From Mytilus trossulus (lineage: Eukaryota): DNA of 64,000 bases. Position 1 is the first letter of the stretch. The number at the start of each line of letters is the position of its first letter. The notes below the pieces were generated by a model that was not told the origin of the DNA, did not search any database, and saw only the letters and a list, made by a program, of their open reading frames with translations. Position numbers and translations under genes: made by a program. Of the stretch, positions 14,501 through 27,730 are shown one piece after another. The stretch covers positions 26,040,001-26,104,000 of the forward strand of contig NC_086375.1 of assembly GCF_036588685.1 (NCBI RefSeq). The letters run 5' to 3'.

Positions 14501-15499
14501 TTTAATGTATTGTACTCTTAACATGCATTTAAAATTGACTGCTGGACTTTCAAGCAAGACTAAAATGTGTTTTTCGACGTAATCGGTATAGTTTCGGTTT
14601 GTGCTCTTTGAACTTAAGGACGCTTTACTATGGCAACAGAATACGCACGCTCGAAAATCCTTTCTGTGATTGGACAAAATGCTGTCATGGTGGGTGATTT
14701 GGTTGTGTTTGAAAAAACGTCTCGCCAATTATATTGTGATGGAAAGCAAGTGAAAAACTATGAATATTTGAACTAGATCTTACAAAGATTTATATTTTTA
14801 TTAAAATAATTGATTCTCCAATAGCTCTTTGCAACCATGACAGCTGTTTATTCGGGACAATTATATAATTTTTAATGTAAACTTTGTTGTACGAACGTAC
14901 ATGACTTTTAGAACGCACCTACGCATGTGAGATATCATCACAATATTCTTATATATTATTCCCTTAATATAACCAGACTTAGTAAAGAATTTCTTGTTGT
15001 TACATTCAGATGGAAATTTAAGTCATTGTGCTTCTGAAGGTTATCGAAATGATAGTTTTAAACATATACTCATCGTCGGATATATTTTTTAAAGATAGTT
15101 CTTGTTTTTATATATATTGCTTGGATGTTTTTGTTTATTCTTGAAAAAACAAAGTATAATACACACGACAGCAACATCATAACAAAACAAAAACCCAAAT
15201 AAAAACAAAACATTTAATCGGAATTTTAGATAAACATTGAACTCTAAATTGTCATTTTTCGTTCTTTTGGGATTTCATCCTATTGAAGTTCACTCTAGGT
15301 CCACTTTTATCAACTTTTACTGATTTATTTTAGAAACTGTATTGGAATGCAGTTTGCGTTAACCCAGATAAAAGTAATTATTCCAATGATAGTCCGTAAT
15401 TTCCACTTGGATTTGGATCCTGAGCGACCAGCAGAACCTGAGAGTATGTTGATATTAAGGAGCAAGAATGGATTGTATCTTAAAGCGACACCAATATAA
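5549..15499 (+). CDS. Cytochrome P450, CYP4 clan (CYP4F/4A-like), 12 coding exons, 492 aa
   Basis: GT-AG exons: 5549-5713, 6471-6615, 7165-7209, 7786-7913, 8839-8954, 9552-9662, 10506-10641, 11804-11994, 13227-13360, 13923-13987, 14137-14213, 15334-15499 (1479 nt, open frame). Motifs: N-terminal TM anchor, [12 protein letters not shown] hinge, [14 protein letters not shown]-helix, [14 protein letters not shown]-helix, KESMR (ExxR), DPSRF, FSMGPRNCIG heme-Cys. AATAAA signals follow near 15640-15695. Confidence 0.95.
9687..9973. mobile_element. Fold-back (palindromic) MITE, TTACAG...CTGTAA family
   Basis: Long inverted arms (ttacagtcgattgcattgagtgtgta...tacacgctcaatgcaatcggctgtaa). Relatives at 13401-13630, 27093-27466 and a partial copy at about 19538-19690. 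Confidence 0.8.
11580..11722. repeat. Minisatellite, about 30-bp unit (aagattagagaaaaaaggggttattttttt), about 5 copies
   Basis: Directly visible tandem copies in the CYP4 intron just upstream of exon 8. Confidence 0.85.
12180..12760. mobile_element. Abundant interspersed non-autonomous repeat (aagaagatgtggtatgattgccaatgagacaac family)
   Basis: A long inverted copy lies at about 58860-59415. Partial copies lie near 8020, 11180-11400, 21680, 38130-38310 and 59630. Confidence 0.7.
13401..13630. mobile_element. Fold-back MITE (same family as 9687-9973)
   Basis: Palindromic arms ttacagccgatt...aatcggccgtaa. Confidence 0.8.
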
Positions 15500-15782
15500 A
15501 TCTCGGCTCGGACAAAAGCGTCTTTGGTACTGGGTAACTGAATGTAAACTTCATGATCAAGCCGAGAGAAGAATGGTGCAGTCAATATTAAAGTGTAGAT
15601 GTTATCATAAACCTGAGGTTATGAGCTTATACAGTTTTAATAAATATATAGTTTTAATAAATATATTAAATTTGTACGTTTACTTAATCAATAAAACCAG
15701 ATGCACTGCCATTTGTGAGTTAAAAAAATAGTGTGCACTTGACCAAAATATTAATTGAGTAGGATTGTCAGTTTTCCTATCG

Positions 15783-15900
15783 AAGATCGGTAGTTTTCTC
15801 CGGGCACTCCGGTATCCTCCAACAAAAAAAAAACTGGCCGCCACGAAATAGCCTAAATGCGGTGCTTAAAAGTTGCGTTAAAATATCAAAAATCAAATAA
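15783..15900 (+). mobile_element. SINE fragment with V-domain-like core
   Basis: tttctccgggcactccggtatcctcc resembles the conserved V-SINE core. An A-rich tail follows. Confidence 0.45.
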
Positions 15901-15983
15901 AATCAGTTTACAATAAAATAGGATGTAAATGCAACTAAGTACGAAAAGGTACTAACCAAAATATCGAACCCCAAAGTATATCA

Positions 15984-16687
15984 AACTAGAGGCTCTAAAG
16001 AGCCCGTGTCGCTCACCCTGGTCTATGTGCATATTAAACAAGGACACATATGGATTCATGACAAAATTGTGTTTTGATGTTGGTGATGTGTTTGTGGATC
16101 TTACTTTATTGAACAATCTTGCTGCTTACAATTATCTCTATCTATAATGAAACTGGCCAAGAAGATATTTTGAAAAAAATCATGAAAATTGTTCAAAATT
16201 GACTATAAAGGACAATAACTCCTTAAGGGGTCAATTTACCACTTTGGTCATGTTGACTTATTTGTAGATTTTACTTTGGTGAACATTATTGCTGTTTACA
16301 GTTTATCTCTATCTTTAATAATATTCAAGATAATACACAAAAACGGCAAACATTCCTTAAAATTACAAATTATGGGGCAGCAACCCAACATCGGGTACTC
16401 GGATTTTCCCAGGTCAAATTTGCTCTAAATGCTTTGTTTTCAGAGATATAAGCCAAAATCTACATTTTACCCCTATGCTGTATCTTTAACCATGGCGGCC
16501 ATCTTAGTTGGTTGGCGAGGTCACCGGAAACACTTTTAAACTAGATACCCCAATGATGATTGTGGCCAAGTTTGGTTTAATTTGGCCCAGTAGTTTCAAA
16601 GGAGAAGATTTTTGTAAAAGTTAACGACGACGGACGCAAAGTGATGAGAAAAGCTCACTTGGACATTTGGGCCAGGTGACTTAAAAA
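15984..16687 (+). mobile_element. Non-autonomous Helentron/Helitron-like element (bivalve HINE type)
   Basis: 5' end aactagagg...gctcacc. 3' end gacgacggacg followed by the hairpin agctcacttgg...ccaggtgactt and AAAAA, typical of bivalve Helentron-derived elements. Confidence 0.6.
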
Positions 16688-16856
16688 GGGGTCGCCAATA
16701 ATAAACATGACAAAACTAAATGCTAGACTACATCGACCAATAGAGCAAAACAGCTGTCATATTCCTGACTTGGTACGGGCATCGTATGACAGCTGTTTAC
16801 AGTAGTCATATTGACAAAATTTAATGAGCTAGTTGGTTTATGTGACAAAACAACTA

Positions 16857-17631
16857 AGACGTCAACATGCGGTTTCCAACAGCAAATAAAAGAGGGACGA
16901 AAGATACCAAAGGGATAGTAAAACTCATAAATCTAAAACAAACTGACAACGCCATGGCTAAAAATGAAAAAGACAAACAGAAAAACAATAGTACACATGA
17001 CACAACATAGACGTCAACATGCGGTTTCCAACAGCAAATAAAAGAGGGACGAAAGATACCAAAGGGATAGTAAAACTCATAAATCTAAAACAAACTGACA
17101 ACGCCATGGCTAAAAATGAAAAAAGACAAACAGAAAAACAATAGTACACATGACACAACATAGAAAACTAAAGAATAAACAACACGAACCCCTTCAAAAT
17201 CTAGGAGTGATCTCAGGTGCTCCGGAAGGGTAAGCAGATCCTGCTCCACATGTGGCAGCCGTCGTGTTGCTTATGTGATTACAAATCCGGTAAATAGTCT
17301 AATTCGGTAGGTCACATTCATGAAAGGGAAGGGGATTGTAGTTACGACATAAGGAACATATCCGATATCATTTGTGAAACGGTTATTCCATAACGGTCAA
17401 CCAACTCGTGATGGCGTCCGTAAAATTTACGAAGGAATGATTTCAACTTCACCATTTGGAACTCTTGGTTTAATAGCTTCCTTGTAAGCAGCAACCCTCT
17501 ATCAAGATCATGATAGAAAATGCAAGCACGGGAATATCGTATCAATTGGGAGATGTATACCCTGTATACAGGTGCTGCTGGAATGTTGCTACTTAGAAAT
17601 GGAAAGTTCACAATTGGAAAGCTGAACTCAT
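16857..17631 (-). mobile_element. Penelope-like retroelement 3' fragment, with a tandem duplication of about 152 bp at its end
   Basis: ORF 17342-17611 (NFPFLSSNIPAAPVYRVYISQLIRYSRAC...KFYGRH) resembles the post-RT region of abundant molluscan PLE-type elements. 16857-17008 is repeated at 17009-17163. Confidence 0.6.
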
Positions 17632-20357
17632 CAAATAAGTGACATCATGTACGGTACGTCAAGCTTAATTTGAAAAGACCGGAGAGTTCGTTCTGGTTTT
17701 CTTTAAACATATATTATTCAATAAAGCACAGGCAATCATACTTTTAAAATCCATCGTTTAATCGGAAAATTGAAGAGGTACAAGATGTTGAAACTCAGAT
17801 AGTTACTCAACATCTTGACTGGTTATTGCTTTACGCCGCATTAGCACAAAAGGCTATATCGCGGATATTAAAATTGTGAAGAAAAACATCCTAAATATTA
17901 TGAAGCCTTGTCACCAACAATATGTGTTCTTTATTGGAAAATGGGCATAACAAATTATCAATAACAATCTTACGTCGCCATACACTTGAAGGGGTCAAGA
18001 AGATAAATTGACAAAAACTATTAATACAAGTAGATATGAACATCATGTCATCTGATAAAAGGTGGGTACTGATAGCAATATTACCTTAGGTATATAAGTA
18101 CACAAAACAAACACACTTTACGAAAACTAAGATAAAACAGACAGGATTAAATGTGTACTCAAATATCATGATGACCCTTTTGACTCGCGAGTATCAGAAC
18201 ATCTGGTGAATCCAGAGTATGAAAAAATTGACGAAAGACAACCGTCAACATTGAGTAAAATATATTCTTTGGAAGTTGTTCGTCAATCAGAACAACTTCA
18301 AGCTCAGTGTCAGACGGTAATACTGTAACAACAGCGAATATTTTCAAATTATAAAAGTTACCGGTATGACAACATGCGAGACAAGATAACAGAGAAAATC
18401 AATGGCCTTATTTTTTGTTGAAAACAACAAAAGGCAAACAAATATGACAGACAACAAACAACGGAAACCATTGAATTGGAACAGCTGAGGAAAATAAATA
18501 TTGTAAATGTTAAGCATACTTGTGAGATCTGTAACACCTATTTAAAACTTTGATATCATAGTAACATAACTTGTGCTCATCACTTTGTGTCCGTCAGCGC
18601 CCGTTGTCATTGTTCGTTAACTTTTACAAAATCTTTTCCTCAAACTACTTGGCCAAATTTAACCAAACTTCGCCACAATTATCACTAGCGTATTTATTTT
18701 TTAGCATTGGTGTAATTGTGAGTCGCCTCGGAACTAAAAAAATGAACTTAAATGAAGATGCATTTTTTTTTTAATTTCCTGATCTTTGTTCAAGCACAAA
18801 CAGTTACGGTACAATCGGACATCGAGCGCCATACGGACATATACAAGTTAGTTTGACCTGATGAAATCTGTCACATTTTCACCTCGATCTTTATTTTACA
18901 ATTTAAAGTACGCGGAATTTAACATCATAGACTCATTAACTTGACAAAGAACGGAGTCTGTGCGCTGTGTGTTCACTTTATGAACCCATTTCGTCCTTGT
19001 TGTCAAATCAAGCTTGTTTATCTGACCTTTTCATAATCAGCCTGTTTATCTGACCTTTTCAAATACAGCATGCTTGTTTGACCTTTACATACAAGTGCAG
19101 GCGATGCTACTATTTTTATTCTGATTACTCATCGTCCAGTGGCAATTTGTTTATGCACTTTCAGTACTAATTAAACAGAAATCAAATAAAGAGGGTATAT
19201 TTACAGATTGTGTCGATGGAAATGGAGACTTTCACTGAGAAACAGAGAGAAACTGACATATTACAAGAAAAAAAACAGAGCGTTCCGAATATCTAACAAA
19301 ATTCAATAAAGAGCACTGAATTGAGAAAGGAAATGGGAAATGTGTCAAAGCGACAACAATCGACCATAGAGCAGACAACAGCCGAAGGCCACCAATGGGT
19401 CTTCAAAGTCAATAAATCCACACATTTGTCATATGAAAAGACAGTACTCGTATAATAACAACAAAAGCTGAGCAATTCAGGGAAATAACGTGTAGCAACT
19501 ATACAAAGAGTTATTCAGATTCCTTCTCTTTGTGCATTACAGCAAAATGCGTTGGGTAATATATTTGGATAGCTTGCTTGCTATAGCTAGGTATACTACC
19601 GTCCTTTATTAGTACACAAGTCGGACAGAGAACCAACTTATATCTGTCTGTAGGACTTCACGTTTCCAAAAGGAGGGTAGTACACACACAAACACACGTA
19701 CAATACCACGCAATTACCTGATGAATCTTTTATCTTCTGTCCTATTATAAGTTTCTCTATATTAAGGTCTTCACCTATGTGACCCGAGTTCTAGGTAACC
19801 AAAGTCACGTATGTGTTAGATATTGGTCAGTTTTGTAACTGATAGTGAAAGGGTTAAAATTACGGTCAACTATATATATGTCCCCTCTAAATTAAACCCT
19901 CTTATCTCTTGAAATATTTATTTTAGTATCATAGGAAAACGATAACGATTGGCGTATCTTATTGTATTTCTATCATTTAAGCTTAGCAATGAAATCTTGG
20001 CTGCTGAATTGAAATGTAAATTTTTTTACCACTTTTGAAATATCATTACATACTTTCCTTATCTGCATTTTATCATCAACTAACAGTTTTTTTTATGTAA
20101 TTTGATTATGCACTTTTATCACTTTTCTTTGTCAATTATGTTTTGGGTCCGCAGAAATGCATTGGAAATCTAGCTTTGAACGGCACTTTAAAGATCCTCT
20201 CCTTCAGCGTCAGTCCAAGTTGTAAACTATTCAACCTGGTCGACCAACACTGCAGAATCCACCAAAATGGATTTATTTTTCTATCTTATTGTTCTGAATG
20301 TGTGTGAAATATTTGCCACTGGTCATATTTCTCTTATAACAAAAGTCTATTACTTAA

Positions 20358-20978
20358 GGGGGCTCGCAGGTCTAAATAAATTTTTTTTAATTTAATATAG
20401 GATTTTGCTATATTTTTCTATAAATGAACTTTATCTTATACTAAATAAAAAATGAAATAAAAAAAAAATGGTGTCACCGTCCATTTTCGCTTACAGTCTG
20501 TCTTCTAAAGAAGGATACATTTTTGTAAAGGTACTTATTCTCTGTTAAACTGATAGGAGAAAAAGATGTAATATCGAAATAAAAAAGAACTTAATTACAG
20601 AAATCGCTAAAATTTTACAATTATTTAATTTATGTACAGCTTATTCGAAAACAACAATAAAAAAAAAATAGGTCACCTATGAGTTAAAAAAAGATATTTC
20701 CCGCATTTTTGCACCAAAAGGAGATAATTTGGAGCTTTTTCAATGATGTCTACATTTTAAAAGTCACCTGGGGCCAACACGAATTAATTTTGTGGAATGA
20801 TTTTTGTACCATATGATAAAGTAACAAACTACTCAAGGTACTTAATAAAATTTGTAATGAAAAATAAATGTTTTTTTTTTCTTTCTGAAAATCTTATACA
20901 ACAAATGGAAATTTTTAACGACCTTGACTGGCTATACAGCCCTTGCACGGTCGGTAAATCTTATACCCGCGAGCCTCC
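20358..20978. mobile_element. Non-autonomous Kolobok-like DNA transposon (TTAA TSD)
   Basis: ttaa|gggggctcgc...gcgagcctcc|ttaa. Sister copy at 34884-35438. Confidence 0.75.
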
Positions 20979-22659
20979 TTAAGAAAAACAGTCTGTTTTA
21001 AGGGTCTGTAAGAAATAAAATATGTTGAGTGGTCGATTGTTGTTTGATTAACTTCCATTGCTTATAATTTGTGTACTAGTATATTCAAACAAAAACAAAT
21101 AATTTGTTAAACTAAGTACTGCATAGATGTAAATCCGGGATTTAAAGTTGATAATTTAAATATTTACTGTGAAATGAGATCATGTTGGATAGGTGCAGTA
21201 CTTTTGCATTGCAAACACATGCAGGCTGCCTGCTAACTCTTCAAAGAGTTGTAAATCAGTTGTTGCAAGGGTTATTCAACGTGCAACCAGGCAGTGATTA
21301 CGCTTTAATCCTCCCAATCCGTCCGGACGTGGCTGCGTATTTGTGCATCCACAGCCAAACGAACTGCAGATTTATTGCTGGTTTTGATACATTTCCATTC
21401 TTCTGTCGAACCATCTAAGGGTGAAATATTATCGATTAACTTGCAAGATATTTTATATTTCCAACATATTATTCGTCTTTTAATTGTAAGACTTTTAAAA
21501 TGAATCAGCTACATTACACATCTTCAAACAGGACAGGTGCAAGTGGATTTTGAACTCAACACGCACATCAATTACGTAATGTGGCGCCCTGACGTTTGGA
21601 AAGTTAGATAGATAAAAATCAAGAATCAAAAACAAAAAAGAACAGAATTAGAACTGCCAAAAACCGTATAAATATAAAAAAGAAAATGTGGTATGATTGC
21701 CAATGAGACAACTGTACACCAAAGACCAAAATTACACAGAAACTAATAACTTTATGTCACCATACGGCCTTCAACAATGAGCAAAGTCAATTTGGCTGAA
21801 AGAGTTCCAATAGTAGTTTAAGTTCACTTTATGTAACACTTTAATTTTATCAGTATTGAAGTATTAGTGACTGGACGGTTGGCATCTCCGACGACCTGTT
21901 AGTGCACCAGTCGTGTGACCAACTGATGAAGTGGTTGTTCATTAAGAAGGTATGATACCTATTTATATGAGATAGCACGTGTTTAAAAATCCGTCATAAG
22001 GTAGACTCGAGACCAAAAGTTTGGACCGTCAAATTTATGAATCGTTTGATAGTATTAAAAAAACAAGAGACGTTAAATCTAAAATACCTGCACTTGTGAG
22101 ACAAACACATCTTTCAGAACCAGTCTCAACAATTCTATTAAAAGAAAAAAAAATGCACAGCAACATTTTTGATCTTACTTAACTTGTTCACATTATTTAT
22201 CCAGTCATTCTGCTCCCGAACTATTTCCTTAGATAACACCTATAATTGATCGACGCTTTGAAGCTGTATTTGGAGATTGTACTGCAAGTTTTAAAAAAAT
22301 AAACCCTTCTTTCGCTTAATAAGACAACAATCATTGAATCCATAAGCGGAAAAACAATACATAACATAGACAATTGTCTTATCTCGAATTGTAATTAAGT
22401 CACAACAGTTGATTTAGATTTTGGAAGGGAGAAGTATACAATGTTTTTCTAAAAATATATTTAATATGAGGTTGATCATTTTTTTAAGTATACACAAATG
22501 AGAAAATTCAACTTTTGGCAGCATTTTTGTTTGCAGTAAATATCTGTATAGTAGGTTTCGTATACTGCAATTCCAGCCGACTTAAACTGTTCAATAACAT
22601 TCATTTGATTTTAACACTGAAAATAAAATGGCGTGTATTGTTTCAGACATGTTAATTTA

Positions 22660-24813
22660 CTAGTATGACGACCATTGTGTTAGTATAGAGATCGCTTGCG
22701 AAGGGAGTGATCTAATGCTGTCAATGTCTATGACTTTGTTTGTTTTAAGACAATAGAGACCATAAATGGCACTTGAGAAAAGTATAGATCTGGATATCAA
22801 CCAAAACCATCCGTCATAAAGCCCTTTTGTGGTTCCTTCCCCTGCTCTTCTAGTTTGTAATGGATACCACGTCTTTTCGTCAACCTGTTCAATTGCTCGA
22901 CGAGCTCCATCCCATTTTCCAGGTCCGTCTAATCTCCATTGAGGCGGTGCAGCAGGCCCAAAAAATAGCTTGGACCAGAACAGAGGGGCAGTGAAGAAAT
23001 ATTTCGTAAGATTGGGTTTGCATCCAATTAACCCAGCTATTTTGTCGACGTATGTAACTGCGTGAATCTGTAAACAGTACTTTGGAGACTCCGGAAAATG
23101 CCTTTTCATAAATTCGTGCTTTTTAGTAGCCATGGATTTCATGACTGACGCAGGCGGAAGTATGCAATTTCCAGAAAACACTCGCGCAGCCCATCTTGTC
23201 TGCATCTCTAAAATTGGCGGTAATGCTCCAAATGGCTGAACGAGACCAATGATTGCCAAGGTTGGCCTACTCAGATCTACTGGGAAAACCAATTCATGAA
23301 GATAAGGAAAATGGTTCTCTATTCTTACAACGGAGTCCTTCAGAAACGGGAAGCTAAATTTAAACCCTGTTGCTAAGATGATAACGTCTAAATTGTCTGC
23401 TGTTGTTCCATCTTCAAAAGTAACACTATTCGCTGCGAATTCTTTCACGTTAGGTTTTACAGTAATCGTTCCATACAGTATACGGGTTGGCAGGTCATCG
23501 CTGATTGTGACAACACTAAGACCAAATTTACCATTTGGTGCCAAGCTGTACTTTGTATGGTCAAATCGACTATTCAGCCTTTTAAAAGCAAACGGTTTCA
23601 TTAACCAAAACGGTACTGTTAACCCATAGCGTGTCATCGCTTTATGGTCAAAGGGGACACCTTGGTCTGTTGTTCTCTGTATCACATAGGTACCAGTTCG
23701 TGTGCTCATATAAACCTGTAAAATAGTAATTGATTTTTTATTATCAGATGCTGCTTCTACAGAAAGGTAAATTGTGAAAATGTCTCTTAGAGCTTTGGAG
23801 AGGTGCTGAAGAAATCATACTAAACATAAATTCCGATTTGTACATGCGGTTTATTGTAATTTTGTATGGCGAAGACTATCAAAATGCATAAAAAAACGTG
23901 AAGACAGCACGAGGCAATATTTAAATAAATAGTGTGATTGGATTACTGTCATTTTGATGTTTTATTCTCTCCTTTTCAACATAAGCAATATAAAATGTAT
24001 TATTATCTCCATTTACATTTTAATATTTCTTATTTGTAATGTCCAATGAATTATTTTTCGTTTAATAGCTAAAATTTAGATTGTCTCTCAGTTGAATTGA
24101 TTTAACTATTTCATCCTGTTAGTAAAAACTTGGAAGAAAAAAGAACAATATGTTTGTCCCTTGAATGCAACTTTTTAACTTACATGTTCAGCATGACGAC
24201 TCAATTCTGAAGCAACATCTGAAGCAGAGTTCCCAATCCCAATGACAAGAACCCTCTTTCCCTCAAAACTTCGAAAATCTTTGTAGTCATGGGTGTGTAA
24301 AACACGCCCTGTAAAGTTTGCAAGTCCTTTAAAAGTTGGTATGAACGGTTCGTGAAGATGTCCATTACAAACCATTACACAGTCAAATACGTCTTTGTTT
24401 GTAGAATTAGTGGCGAGATTTTTGTATGTTACCACCCATCTTCCGCTTTCTTCAAAGTCTTCTGCTTGTTCTACGCGCAAAATCATGTGTCTAAATCTGA
24501 TAAAATTTCTAAGCTTAAAATGTTCAGCATAAAGTTGTAAGTATCGTTTGAAGTGTCTGTGTGCCATGAAGTTTGGAAATTCTTTTGGAATTGGAAAATC
24601 GCTATAACATGTCATTTCTTTGCTGGTGTTAATGCTACACGAGTTGTAAATACTGGGATCGCCTTCCTTTGATTCATCCTTGTAATTCCAAAGCCCGCCA
24701 ACTTCATCGTCTTTTTCAAAACATACTGGTTCCATGCCTTCATCCAAGGAATTCTTGATACCAGCAAGACCTGCTACACCGGCACCAATCACGCATACCT
24801 TCTTTTTTGACAT
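22660..24813 (-). CDS. Flavin-containing monooxygenase (class B, FMO5-like), copy 1, 2 coding exons, 561 aa
   Basis: Exons 24813-24184 (cag|ATG...GAACAT|gtaagt) and 23715-22660 (cag|GTT...TAG). Motifs: GAGVAG (FAD), GGLW, FTGRVLHTHDY (FxGxxxHxxxY fingerprint), GIGNSA (NADPH), ILATGF, WRLDGPGKWDGAR, C-terminal hydrophobic anchor. Confidence 0.95.
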
Positions 24814-25319
24814 CTGAAAAAAATTTATGTTAACTTTAGGGAAAACATCAGTCAAAAATGCATTTGTCCTGGATATGCATGTACTATTTGCAACCGGACG
24901 TTTAAACAACCACCCTGCAAGTGATAAATAAAAAAAACATATAAGCTGATCGAGTGTCATGTTTTGGACGACATTTTTTAAAGTGTATTTTCCAACACTC
25001 AAGTTTGATTAATTTTAAACTTATTATCTCATTAAGACAGACAAATAGGGAACCCATCAGAGTTCCAAAGCAAACATTATCTGATGCAAAACCTATATCA
25101 AAAAGTAAAATCACAAAAATACTGAACTCAGAGGAAAATACAACCGGTAAGTCCATAATCACATGGCAAAATCAAATTACAAAACACATCAAAAACGAAT
25201 GGTCATATTCCTGACCTGGTACAGGCATTTTTCAATGCAGAAAATGGTGGATTAGCGCCAAACCTCTCAGTCACTTTGTTGACCGTCTTATCAACTTGTT
25301 TTGCAATCTATAACATTTT

Positions 25320-25640
25320 AGCATGTTTCAGAAGTTTGAACATCAACCCAACAATGTTAGATCTGTAAATTTGCTTTCGCAAATTTTTGGTTCGCAAATT
25401 TTTGGTTCTTCCCTCGCCGGGATTCGAACCCATGCTACTGTGATATCGTGACACCAAATCGCCTGCACTGCAGCATATATATACAACTCGTCTAAACATC
25501 AACTCAACAATGTTAGATCTGTAAATTTGCTTTCGCAAATTTTTGGTTCTTCCCTCGCCGGGATTCGAACCCATGCTACTGTGATATCGTGACACCAAAT
25601 CGCCTGCACTGCAGCCGTCCCGCTTGACCACACGACCAGT
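25320..25640 (-). mobile_element. tRNA-derived SINE head, partly duplicated in tandem
   Basis: Minus strand shows an A-box (TGGTCGTGTGG, ending near 25638) and a B-box (GGTTCGAATCCC, about 25560-25572). The B-box segment is repeated at about 25418-25430. Confidence 0.6.
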
Positions 25641-25850
25641 CTATAGTAAAGGATCCTACAAATTAATGTAAGATACAGTCACAGAAAATAATTATATTCA
25701 TAAGTACGTCTGAGTCAGTGACAACCCTACAACAGATGTATCCATCGGATCGCCATCAATATATATCCGATATGTCGAAATCCGGATATGGTGTACTAAA
25801 GAAATATTGACACCGAATGTTTGTGGCACAACATCCTGTCCACAAGTTAA

Positions 25851-25884
<34 letters not shown>

Positions 25885-27092
25885 CTGTGACGTATTAAAT
25901 TTATATTAGGATCCATTTTGTTACATCTTGTGATCAATTTTATTTGGCAATCGCCAATGGCAGTCAGCAGGGTTAAAGAACATCAGTTGTTCGACCTGTT
26001 AGTCAAATGCGTTTTGTTTAAATATACTTTTTCACTCTTTTGGTCTTTTGGAAAATGTTGTTTGTGCTGTTTTTAGACCCTTCTACAACGAAATTTGTTT
26101 GACATGCACACGTATAAAAACTGCGGTTTTTATCCAACGCAGTCATAGGTTTGAACGTAGTTTTCAATTTAGACTCGTATATATATATATATATATATAT
26201 AGATTACTAATAAATCCAACATTTCCGGTATGAATAGTTTTAATTCACTAGTACTTTCATTATATATATATAATATTTATTAAGTTTATGTTTCAGAAAA
26301 TTAAAAACTTGCCTGGATTTTTATGTGCATTTTTTCCAATCTGCAGAAGGAAGAAAAAACCCAAAAACATACGGTCCACTCAGATACACAGTTTAAATCA
26401 CCCATGTATTAAAATTTAAAATGGCAATGGGGAATTTGTCAAAGAGACAACAACCCGACCATAGAAAGGCTAACAACAGAAGGTCATCAACAGGTCTTCA
26501 ATGCAACGAGAAATTCCCGCGACCGAGGCGTCCTTCAGCTGGCCCCTTATCAAATATGTATACTCGTTCAGTGATAATGAATGCCATACTAAACTCCAAA
26601 TTGTACACACAAAAAATAAAATTAAAATTAAACAAGTCTAACAAAGGCTAGAGGCTTCTGACTTGGGACAGGCGCAAAAATGATTATGAGATCCCAGCTC
26701 TCCCCCTATACCTCTAGCCAATGTAGAAAAGTAAACGCATAGTAATACGCACATTAACATTCAGTTAAAGAGAATTCCGAGTCTGATGTCAGAAGATGTA
26801 ACAAAAGAAAATAAACAAAATGACAATAATAAATAAATAACAGACTAATAGCAGTTAACTGACATGCCAGCTCCAGACTTTAATAAAACTGATTGAAATA
26901 TTATGTCTTCATCATATGCATATCAGGCACAATTGTCCATTTAAATCAATACTACCCTCAACATTTATTATATGAGGGGAGCTTCTCAAACCTCTTTAAT
27001 AACTTAGTTTATTTATGCACCTACTGCACGAATGGTTCTGGAACATTTTTTAAAAATTTAACTATCTAGTTCCTGACATGTCTTATAACCTT

Positions 27093-27466
27093 TTACAGTA
27101 AAAAAAAAGGCTCTTAAGTATGAAAGTAAATGTAATATCTTTGGTGATCTTGCTTGCTAGCTGAACCTTGAAGTAATTCTTAAGTTAAGTAAATCGTGAA
27201 ATCATTATAAGGCTGGGTATACTAGTACCCTCCTTTCGAAGTAGTATATAGTATTCCTATAAAGACAGATACATTGGTCATTTGTCGTTAAGAATATAGA
27301 CTAATCCGACAAATGACCAATGTATCTGTCTTCATAGGAATACTAGACTACTTCAAAAGGAGGGTACTAGTATACCCAGCCTTATAATGATTTCACGGTT
27401 CAGGTAGCAAGCAAGCTAATCAAATATAATTACATTTACCTACACACTCAAAGCATTCTGCTGTAA
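27093..27466. mobile_element. Fold-back MITE (TTACAG family) with a near-perfect central hairpin
   Basis: Arms gacagatacattggtcatttgtcg / cgacaaatgaccaatgtatctgtc. Termini ttacag...ctgtaa. Confidence 0.8.
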
Positions 27467-27670
27467 TGTGTACAGGTTTGTCTGTACTCAGAAAAAATGG
27501 TGTTGTAAATCCGGCCATTGTTTATATAAGATGAACCTTAACTCTTTTAAGGTAGCTTTGTTTACATTTGAATATGCTTCACATATGATCACATTTTGTT
27601 TTGTTTTAAAATTAAGTCTTTTGAAATGAATATATTAAAAAACGTTGATAAACAAACAAAAACTGTAAAT

Positions 27671-27730
27671 ACTTACGTTCGTCCACTTATACAACCTGAT
27701 AAAGTTATCTTCAGCTTTAATGCCTTTATA
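27671..27730 (-). promoter_or_regulatory. Putative TATA box, short non-coding exon 1 and splice donor of FMO copy 1
   Basis: The ATG at 24813 follows a splice acceptor, so an upstream exon is expected. Minus strand shows TATAAA at 27730-27725 and GTAAGT at 27676-27671. Confidence 0.45.

Noticed and set aside
24814-25002. N-terminal extensions of the FMO ORFs (also 32805-32846 and 31464-31523)
   Set aside because: These lie in intronic pyrimidine-rich acceptor sequence. FMO homology begins at MSKKKV and MTKRV and at the VY exon starts.
25545-25640. tRNA gene
   Set aside because: It has A and B boxes but no convincing cloverleaf, and it is partly duplicated with flanking repeat sequence. A SINE head fits better.
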